A program made the position numbers and the translations under genes. A DNA stretch of 64,000 nt, taken from NCBI GenBank assembly GCA_040755855.1, contig JBFMAD010000002.1, positions 1 to 64,000 on the forward strand, in the 5' to 3' direction. Below the pieces are notes generated by a model that was not told where the DNA came from, did no database searches, and saw only the letters and a program-made list of their open reading frames with translations. The stretch is from Planctomycetota bacterium. Its GTDB lineage: Bacteria > Planctomycetota > Brocadiia > JAADGH01. Shown in pieces: positions 57,122 to 64,000 of this stretch; positions within the stretch are counted from its first letter, which is position 1, and the number at the start of each line of letters is the position of its first letter.

Positions 57122-58222
57122 TCAGTTCGCCTTCCGTCCCGCGACGCCCTTGGTACCCTTGGTGATCTTCTTGGCGGCTTCCTTGGGTCGGAGGGCGCGG
57201 GTGGCCCTGCCCGCGAGCCACATCTCGGAATTGCCGATGGCCGCGAGCTCCTTCGCCAACTGCTTCTGGTAGTCCTTCTTGCCGCAGGCGGAGAGCACGC
57301 GCCGCGTCTCGGCGCCCGATGCCACGCGCTTGTAGAGTTCCTTGAAGACCGGCATGACGGCCTTCTTGAACTTCGGCTTCCAATCGAGCGCCCCGCGCTG
57401 GGCTGTGGCCGAGCAATTGGCGTACATCCAGTCCATGCCGTTCTCGCTCACGAGGCGGATGAGGCTCTCGGTCAGCTCCTCGACGGTTTCGTTGAACCCC
57501 TCGCTGGGGCTGTGGCCATGGGCTCGCAGCACGTCGTACTGCGCCTCCATGATCCCTGCCAGCGCCCCCATCAGGACGCCGCGCTCACCGGTGAGGTCGC
57601 TATAGACCTCCTTCTGGAAAGTCGTCGGGAAGAGATAGCCCGCACCGATGCCGATGCCGAGGGCGATGCAGCGGTCTTCGGCCCGGCCGGTGGCGTCCTG
57701 CTCCACGGCGAAGCTGGCGTTGATGCCCGCCCCAGAGAGGAAGTTGCGCCGGAGCGACGTGCCAGATCCCTTCGGGGCGACCATGATGACGTCCACATAC
57801 TTCGGCGGGATGACCTTCGTCTGGTCCTTATAGACGATGGAGAAGCCATGGGAGAAGTAGAGTGCATCGCCGACTTTGAGATACTTCTTGATGGTCGGCC
57901 AGATGGCCTTCTGGGCGGCGTCGGAGACAAGCATTTCCAGGATCGTCCCGCGGTCGGCGGCCTCTTCCAGCTCGAAGAGGGTCTTGCCGGGCTTCCAGCC
58001 GTCGGCGACGGCGCGGTCCCAGTCCCTCTTGAATTTCTTGGACTGGCCGATGATCACGTTCAGGCCGTTGTCCTTCATGTTCAACGCCTGGGCGGGGCCT
58101 TGCACGCCGTAGCCGAGGACGGCGATGGTCTCGTTCTTGAGGACCTTGCGCGCCCTGGACATGGGAAACTCGTTCCGCATGACCACTTTTTCCTTCACGC
58201 CGCCGAAATTGATGATTGCCAT
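57122..58222 (-). CDS. ilvC: Ketol-acid reductoisomerase
   Basis: IAVLGYGVQG.AQALN, FSHGF, VAPKG.G and E..SDL.GE...L.G motifs. Confidence 0.95.
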   Translation of the reverse strand: MAIINFGGVKEKVVMRNEFPMSRARKVLKNETIAVLGYGVQGPAQALNMKDNGLNVIIGQSKKFKRDWDRAVADGWKPGKTLFELEEAADRGTILEMLVSDAAQKAIWPTIKKYLKVGDALYFSHGFSIVYKDQTKVIPPKYVDVIMVAPKGSGTSLRRNFLSGAGINASFAVEQDATGRAEDRCIALGIGIGAGYLFPTTFQKEVYSDLTGERGVLMGALAGIMEAQYDVLRAHGHSPSEGFNETVEELTESLIRLVSENGMDWMYANCSATAQRGALDWKPKFKKAVMPVFKELYKRVASGAETRRVLSACGKKDYQKQLAKELAAIGNSEMWLAGRATRALRPKEAAKKITKGTKGVAGRKAN

Positions 58223-58264
58223 TCTCTCAATCCTCCTTCTCTTGAATGGTTCTTTTCATTCTAC

Positions 58265-58331
58265 GTGGGGTGGGCCGTGGCCCACCATCAGTCTCCATCC
58301 ATTCGTGGATTCCCGCTTTCGCGGGAATGAC
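58265..58331. repeat. GTRG-type REP plus dRS3-like repeat
   Basis: GTGGGGTGGGCCGTGGCCCACC (58265-58286) and TGGATTCCCGCTTTCGCGGGAATGAC (58306-58331). Confidence 0.85.
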
Positions 58332-58343
58332 ACCCCTGGCCGT

Positions 58344-60236
58344 CTATTTCTCCAACTTCACAATGCCCCACAGGTCGAGCTCGGGAACGGTGATCTCTAT
58401 TCCGTTCTCAACCTGCCTAATCCCCAGCGACACCGGCTCGCTCGCGCCGGGGTTGGCCTTGTCGAGCTTGGCCGGGGGCTGATACAGCGTCGCCTTGCTG
58501 AGCGTCCGGCCGCCGAACAGCGCCTTGTCGAGCGTGACCTTGATGTTCGTCACCTTCTTCATGCTGTCGCTCGGCTCGTCGTAGTTGCGGTTGAGCAGGT
58601 GCAGGACCGCCGGGGCGTCCGGGTTGTCCGGAATAGCCCGGGCGACGGCGATGACGTTCTCCGCCCCTTCGATGGCGATCTGTTTGGGCAGCAGCTTCCG
58701 CAGGGCCGCCTCGTCGAGACCGGACTTGTCGTCCCACTTCACCACCTTTCCCGCCGCCGCGAAGTCATCAACAGCCTTCTTCTGTTCGCCATCGAGTCCC
58801 GCCCTCGGCGGGATCGGCTCGCAGACGACAAGGGCCTTATATTTCGCCAGCTTGTCCGCGCTTAGCTTCACGTCGAGCCAGTCGTCGCCCGCGATGACGA
58901 TCTCGAAGGGTACGCTGTTCTTCGCCAGATGGAGGCAGGCGTGCTGCATGGCCAGGCGGCATTGGTGGTCGAGGCGCGCTGCGGCGTTGCTGTAGAGAAG
59001 GACGATCAGGCCCACGCTATCGTATCCATCAAGCAGCGCGGCGTTGCGCCGGACGAAGCGATAGACGTGGGCAAAATCCTCCGGTTGGCTCTGATACCAA
59101 TGGGTTCCCTTCTCCTTTGTGTAGGCCCACTGCCGGTGCGGGGCCATAAGGCAGTGGCCGAAGGCGTAGTCCTGGGCGATCCACATGCGAACCAGGCCGG
59201 GCTTCTTGTGCGCATCCACGTAGGCCCAGTCCCACCCGGCCCCGGTGCATGCCTGGAAGCGGCCGACGGCGTCGCCCATCTTGAAGGCCCAGACCGGTTC
59301 GAGGTCCCAGTTCTGTTGCGGGCCCCACTGCGGCTTCTCCGCGCCGTGATGGACCTCGCCGCAGAAGTAGGCAAGATACGGCGCAATGACGAGGCTCTCG
59401 GGACCGGAGCAACTCGAGTTCACGCTGAGCATGAGCGGGTGGCCGACGAGCTGCTCGCCGTGCTTCCGCGCCTCGTCCACAAAGGCCGCGGCGCTGAAGT
59501 AGAGGAACCGCTTGAAGTCCGGCCCCAGATGCTCCGGCGATCCGAGGATCTTCTTGAAGTCCTGAACCGTCTTGACACCCTTGCCGTTGAGGAAGGTCTT
59601 GTAGTCGAAGTTGTCCGGCGACTCGATGCCGCATGCCTTCAGCCTGTCGGCGGACACATTGGTCTTGACATACTCCTTGAACGCCGTCATACAGTACTTG
59701 CAGAAGCAGCATCCTTGCCACTCCGTGCCTGCGGTGCCGTTGTAGTCGTCAATATGCAGGCCCTCCACGCTGGCCTTCATGCCGAGCATGACCTGCCACT
59801 TGAGGTACTTTCGGTATCCCGGCGCGTTGGTGCAGAACCAGTAGGCCGGCTCGCCGGTTTTCTTGTGCTTGTGGTCCCAGAGCCAGGGCACGGTGATGGG
59901 CTTGCCCTCGATGGTGAGACAGAGGCTGTCGCGCCAGTTCGCGTCGAAGTCCATCATGCCGACAAACGCCGTGCGGAAGGCGGCGCCGGCGGAGTAGCGT
60001 ATGCCGAGGTCGTGGGCGACCTTGACGCGCTCCTGGAATTCCTTGATAGCCTTCTCATTGTCGGTCCATGGCTTGCCGCCCCAACTGACGAGCGTGGCGC
60101 CATAGATCTCGTAGATCTCTTTCTCCCTTGCCCCCATGAAGATGACGTCGGAGCGCTTGATTGATGTCTCGTCGGCCATAATAGTAGCCACTCCCATGAG
60201 CATCCCAAGGATAAGAACCCGTGTTCTGGCTGTCAT
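58344..60236 (-). CDS. Secreted glycoside-hydrolase-like protein (GH42-like architecture)
   Basis: Signal peptide; CTNAPGYR, GLHIDD and CFC.YC...F..Y; C-terminal class-I glutamine-amidotransferase-like and beta domains. Confidence 0.55.
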   Translation of the reverse strand: MTARTRVLILGMLMGVATIMADETSIKRSDVIFMGAREKEIYEIYGATLVSWGGKPWTDNEKAIKEFQERVKVAHDLGIRYSAGAAFRTAFVGMMDFDANWRDSLCLTIEGKPITVPWLWDHKHKKTGEPAYWFCTNAPGYRKYLKWQVMLGMKASVEGLHIDDYNGTAGTEWQGCCFCKYCMTAFKEYVKTNVSADRLKACGIESPDNFDYKTFLNGKGVKTVQDFKKILGSPEHLGPDFKRFLYFSAAAFVDEARKHGEQLVGHPLMLSVNSSCSGPESLVIAPYLAYFCGEVHHGAEKPQWGPQQNWDLEPVWAFKMGDAVGRFQACTGAGWDWAYVDAHKKPGLVRMWIAQDYAFGHCLMAPHRQWAYTKEKGTHWYQSQPEDFAHVYRFVRRNAALLDGYDSVGLIVLLYSNAAARLDHQCRLAMQHACLHLAKNSVPFEIVIAGDDWLDVKLSADKLAKYKALVVCEPIPPRAGLDGEQKKAVDDFAAAGKVVKWDDKSGLDEAALRKLLPKQIAIEGAENVIAVARAIPDNPDAPAVLHLLNRNYDEPSDSMKKVTNIKVTLDKALFGGRTLSKATLYQPPAKLDKANPGASEPVSLGIRQVENGIEITVPELDLWGIVKLEK

Positions 60237-60320
60237 GATTGTCCTCAAAAAAAGGCGCACGTCTCGCAATTCGCGAACTATCAAATTATCATCTCGGGAA
60301 GGCAAATGCAAGGGCGGTCA

Positions 60321-60854
60321 TTAGGAGGATGCGGCAGGGTCCGGGCCGGGGGCGCTCTCCCCCAACATGGAGGTCAGAACCTCGAGCCCCCTATCGTAGC
60401 TCGTCTGCCCCTTCGGATTAGTCACTTGCGGCATCCGCTCTCGGAGCAGCGCCACAAGCCGATCCAGTTTGATTACCAACCCGAAGCTCAGGCCGAGTTT
60501 GCCCAACACCTCCTGGTTGATGCGATTGACATTTTGCACAACCTTCGGGTTTCGGCTGCTTGAGCAACTGTGCGTCTTTCCCCAAACGGAACCCTTCTCG
60601 TCTTTCTCCCGCCGGGCGCATTTGAGGCAGATATCGTCGTATTCCTCGACAAACTCGATCTCCACGCCACGCGGGTCCTCCTCGATTCGTCTGACCACAT
60701 CGTCGAAGCCGTCCTCGTTGTAGGCCTTCTCGGCCAGCGTCGTGAGCTGGCTCCCCCAGATTTCCCTTCTTCGGTCCTCCGTCTTGAGATGCAGACACCC
60801 GAAGTACTGGACGACATTTGCCGGATGATAGGGCCGCAACCGTATCCTGGTCAT
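60321..60854 (-). CDS. DUF1284-like protein
   Basis: IRLRPYH, DDIC.KC and D..VL..LGL..G patterns. Confidence 0.55.
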   Translation of the reverse strand: MTRIRLRPYHPANVVQYFGCLHLKTEDRRREIWGSQLTTLAEKAYNEDGFDDVVRRIEEDPRGVEIEFVEEYDDICLKCARREKDEKGSVWGKTHSCSSSRNPKVVQNVNRINQEVLGKLGLSFGLVIKLDRLVALLRERMPQVTNPKGQTSYDRGLEVLTSMLGESAPGPDPAASS

Positions 60855-60881
60855 TCCGCGCTCCTTCCTGTCGCTTGGGTG

Positions 60882-61556
60882 TTATCCGGTAGTCCAGCCG
60901 CAAAGGATGGCGACGATCCCCTCGACGGCGTCGGCGATGAAGACCTTGCCCTTCTCGGCGGCGGAGGGGATGGCCTGCTCGTTCACGATCGCATCGCGGC
61001 GGACGTGCTGGGGGAAACCGGCCATGGCGATGGACGTCTCGTACTCCTGGGCGTGGGCGGGATAACGCTTGGTCTCCATGATGGACTCGGTCTTATCCTT
61101 GTCCACCAGGTCCCAGTAGGTCACGATTGCGATGTTGGCCCTAAGTTTCTCCCGGAACTCGTCCATGCGATCCGCAATAGGCTTGTGGTTGCCGAGATGG
61201 CCGTTGACGATGAGCACGTTCTTCAGCCCGTGGTGGGTGACGATACTGTTGCAGTAGTCGAAGACAACCTCAGCAAGAACGTCTTCGCGGAGTGTGAGCG
61301 TGCCGCGCATGTCCTTCCAGCCGGCGGAGAGGCCGACGGCCATCGGCGGGGTGACGACCACATGGGGATACACGCGCAGCGCGGCCTCGCGGGCGATATG
61401 CGCCGCGCTGGCCGTATCATGGATCAAGGCGAGGTGTTCGTAGTGATTCTCCACGCTGCCGACGGGGATGAGCGCGCCGACGAGGTCGCCGCTCTCCAGC
61501 CACGCGGTGTACTCCTTCTGGGTCAGCTCATGGAGGATGACGCTGTGCTTGGGCAT
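60882..61556 (-). CDS. Creatininase/MftE family amidohydrolase
   Basis: PVGSVE.H..HL....D, VNGH.GN and HA...ETS motifs. Confidence 0.88.
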   Translation of the reverse strand: MPKHSVILHELTQKEYTAWLESGDLVGALIPVGSVENHYEHLALIHDTASAAHIAREAALRVYPHVVVTPPMAVGLSAGWKDMRGTLTLREDVLAEVVFDYCNSIVTHHGLKNVLIVNGHLGNHKPIADRMDEFREKLRANIAIVTYWDLVDKDKTESIMETKRYPAHAQEYETSIAMAGFPQHVRRDAIVNEQAIPSAAEKGKVFIADAVEGIVAILCGWTTG

Positions 61557-61570
61557 GGAAATAGGTCCTG

Positions 61571-62527
61571 TCAGATCGGGTCAACGTCGCCAAGCATCTT
61601 GTCGTAGAATTTGACCAGGCCCTCGGCATCGTCCTCCTTCATCTGCTCCATCGCCGCCAGGGGGTGCTTGTTAAGGATGCCCGTGATCATGTAGGGAAGG
61701 TAGTATCCCCACCGCATCTCCTTCTGAAGAAGGACATACTTTCGGCTGACCACGTCGAGTAGCGGCTTGAGGTTGAACTTCGGGTTCTTCAGGAAGCCCA
61801 TCAGCAGCTCCAGAGGGCAATTGCCCGCCGCCCGTCCGATGCCGTAGAGTGTGCCGTCCAGGAAGTTGGCGCCTTTGATGATCGCCTCAATGGTGTTGGC
61901 GAAGGCCAACTGCTGGTTGTTGTGGCAGTGGATGCCCACTTCCTTTGTCTTGAGGTATCGCTTGTACTTGGCGACGTAGTAGTCAATATCCTCGGAATAG
62001 AGCGCGCCGAAGCTGTCCACGATGTAACACGCCTTGATCTTGGTCTCCTCCTCCACCTGGGCCAGGGCCTCGTCCAGTTCGCGGTCGAGGGCGTGGGAGA
62101 TGGCCATGATGTTGATGGTGGTCTCGTAACCCTTCTCCACGGCGCTGTTGGCGAGGCGGATGGCCTTGTCCATATCCTTGACATAGGTGGCCACCCGGAT
62201 CATGTCCACCACGCTCTCCTCCTTCGGGAGGATGTCCTCTGACAGGGCCTTGTGGGCGTCCTGCATGATGGCGATCTTGCAGCGAGGCTCGACGCCGTCC
62301 ACGGCCTCGCGGAGCGTCTCCTCGTTGCAGAAGCGCCACGGGCCGAAGTTGTTGGAGCCGAGCAGGCCGGGATTGTTCCGGTAGCCCAGCTCGCAGTAGT
62401 CCACGCCCGCCGCGCTGACGGCCTTGAAGGTTTCCCGCACCAGATCAACGGGGAAGCGCGAATCGTTCATCAGTCCGCCGTCGCGGATCGAACAGTCCAA
62501 CACGGTAATTGCGGGCCTATACACCAC
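61571..62527 (-). CDS. DRE-TIM aldolase (4-hydroxy-2-oxovalerate aldolase-like catalytic domain)
   Basis: LDC.IRDGG, VDSFG, GIHCHNN.QLA.AN and G.GRAAGNCPLE motifs. Confidence 0.85.
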   Translation of the reverse strand: MVYRPAITVLDCSIRDGGLMNDSRFPVDLVRETFKAVSAAGVDYCELGYRNNPGLLGSNNFGPWRFCNEETLREAVDGVEPRCKIAIMQDAHKALSEDILPKEESVVDMIRVATYVKDMDKAIRLANSAVEKGYETTINIMAISHALDRELDEALAQVEEETKIKACYIVDSFGALYSEDIDYYVAKYKRYLKTKEVGIHCHNNQQLAFANTIEAIIKGANFLDGTLYGIGRAAGNCPLELLMGFLKNPKFNLKPLLDVVSRKYVLLQKEMRWGYYLPYMITGILNKHPLAAMEQMKEDDAEGLVKFYDKMLGDVDPI

Positions 62528-62566
62528 TTACTCTCCAAATAGAATGAGAATATCCCACCGCGAGGG

Positions 62567-63049
62567 CTACTCCTGTTTTGCGCCGCCTTCGGCGCCTTTT
62601 TTCAGCCGTTCGACTTCCTGGCGCGCGGCGTCGAGTTTGGCCTGAAGGTCGGCGATCTTCTCATTCAGACCATCGAGGGCGGCCTGCTTCTCCGCGGCAT
62701 CCTTTCGGGCCACCTCCGCCGCTGCATTGGCCTTGCTGAGCTGGGCCTTGAGCAAGTCGCGCTCCTTCGTGATCGTCTCGAGATTCGCCTTCGCCCTGGC
62801 CAAGTCCGCTTCCTTCTGTTTCATGGCGGCGGTCATGTCGCTGGCATTCTGCTCGGCGGCCTTCCCCGCCTCTTGAGCCTCCTTCAATTGGCGCGTCGCC
62901 TCGTCGCGGGCCGTGCTGACCTTGCCGAGCAACTCCTCCTTCGCGGCCAGCTGGTCCTTCACCGCCTGATACTCCCGATTCGACACCATGCAGCCCGCGG
63001 CCAGCACGGCCATAACCACACACACCACTTCCAGGATTACTATGCGCAT
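62567..63049 (-). CDS. Coiled-coil lipoprotein
   Basis: Lipobox LAAGC followed by a long heptad-rich region. Confidence 0.75.
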   Translation of the reverse strand: MRIVILEVVCVVMAVLAAGCMVSNREYQAVKDQLAAKEELLGKVSTARDEATRQLKEAQEAGKAAEQNASDMTAAMKQKEADLARAKANLETITKERDLLKAQLSKANAAAEVARKDAAEKQAALDGLNEKIADLQAKLDAARQEVERLKKGAEGGAKQE

Positions 63050-63248
63050 TTTGCGCCTCCCTCCCTGCCGATGCTCCTGTCTCATTGCCTTGAGGTGATT
63101 CCAACAATACAGCCACTACTATAACGGAAAGAAGGGCATGAGTTCAAATGTTTTTCATAGGCGATTCGGGTTGCGCTTCGCAGAGGAACCGGTATAATGA
63201 ATCCCCATTCTTGATTTGAGCTCTTCCATCCAGGAAAGGAACCCCCGA

Positions 63249-64000
63249 ATAAACGTCATCCTCATAATGGTAGATTCCCTCAACCGCACCTATCTCAGCC
63301 CCTACGGCGCGGACATCAAGACGCCGAATTTCGAGCGCCTCGCCAAACGGTGCGTCACGATGGACCGGCACTGGACCGGCTCCATGCCCACCATGCCCTG
63401 CCGCCGCGAGGTGCACGCCGGCATCCACGAATACCTCTGGCGCGGCTGGGGACCGCTCGAGCCCTTCGACATCACCCTCGCGCAATTGTGCCGCGAGAAG
63501 GGCCAGGTGGCCATGCTCCTCACCGACTGCTACCACTACTTCCAGGAGGGTTCGGGCAACTACCACATGGACTTCACCGGCTGGGAGTTTTTCCGCGGAC
63601 ACGAGACCGACAACTGGATCACCGACCCCATTGAGCCGCCGCGCATCTACCGCAAGATGCTCGAAGAGAAGGGCGAAAAGGGCGCGGCCTACATGCGCAA
63701 CACGGCCCGCTTCCGCGACGAGCGCGACTTCTTCAGCCCCCGCCTCCTGCGTCGCGCCGCCGAGTGGCTCGATGAGAACCACACGCACCAGGACTTCTTT
63801 CTCATGATTGACAGCTTCGACGTGCACGAGCCGTTCCACGTCCCGCCGCCGTACGACATCATGTACGACCCCGACTTCACCGGCGAGTGGCCGATCTGGA
63901 ACAAGTACGCCCCCGCCGACGCCTTCGCCCCAGCGGAGTTGAGGCACATCCGGGCCCAGTACATGGGTAAGGTCACCATGTTCGACAAGTGGCTCGGCGG
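63249..64000 (+). CDS. Sulfatase-family (alkaline phosphatase superfamily) protein, 3' partial
   Basis: NVILIMVDSLNR..L..YG...TPNF.RLA, SFD.HEPF and Y.G.V...D.W.G motifs; upstream TATAAT at 63193. Missing from the ORF track because it runs off the window. Confidence 0.88.
   Translation, partial: MNVILIMVDSLNRTYLSPYGADIKTPNFERLAKRCVTMDRHWTGSMPTMPCRREVHAGIHEYLWRGWGPLEPFDITLAQLCREKGQVAMLLTDCYHYFQEGSGNYHMDFTGWEFFRGHETDNWITDPIEPPRIYRKMLEEKGEKGAAYMRNTARFRDERDFFSPRLLRRAAEWLDENHTHQDFFLMIDSFDVHEPFHVPPPYDIMYDPDFTGEWPIWNKYAPADAFAPAELRHIRAQYMGKVTMFDKWLG

Noticed and set aside
56088..57416. 442-aa ORF spanning ilvC and the repeats
   Set aside because: The N-terminal part is an alternative frame of ilvC plus translated repeat. 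The plausible start is 56966.

Overview
GC-rich bacterial DNA. The gene content (ceramidase-like, sulfatase, beta-helix and HEAT proteins) suggests a Planctomycetota/PVC-like organism, but that is inference. Positions 0.3-32 kb are an accessory glycan-catabolism region: heparinase II/III-like lyase, ADP-ribosylglycohydrolase-like protein, SGNH esterase, amidohydrolase, two ceramidase-like hydrolases, four tandem paralogous beta-helix proteins plus a fifth unrelated one, a sialidase-like protein, a sugar isomerase and an Fe-ADH. Two low-GC inserts interrupt it. Positions 32-52 kb are mostly core: HD-GYP, tRNA-Phe, ctpA-tsaD-larB-nnrD-E2, a PilZ-anti-sigma/STAS pair, tRNA-Thr, a UbiB kinase, HEAT proteins, a repair-type radical SAM and YihY. 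Positions 52-64 kb hold a pseudouridine synthase, an SplB-like radical SAM, a PIN/four-helix-bundle islet, ilvC, further hydrolases and a partial sulfatase. No transposase, integrase or CRISPR array is visible. The most striking signal is a diverse set of small non-autonomous palindromic elements: two MITEs with identical TIRs but different REP cargo; a 75-bp palindrome inserted in frame inside a gene; TG[AT]CCCC-type ends bracketing a foreign gene downstream of an external promoter; dRS3-like repeats; and 9-bp-period RTGGAC arrays upstream of and inside a four-helix-bundle gene. All family calls come from motif recognition by eye, not database searches.
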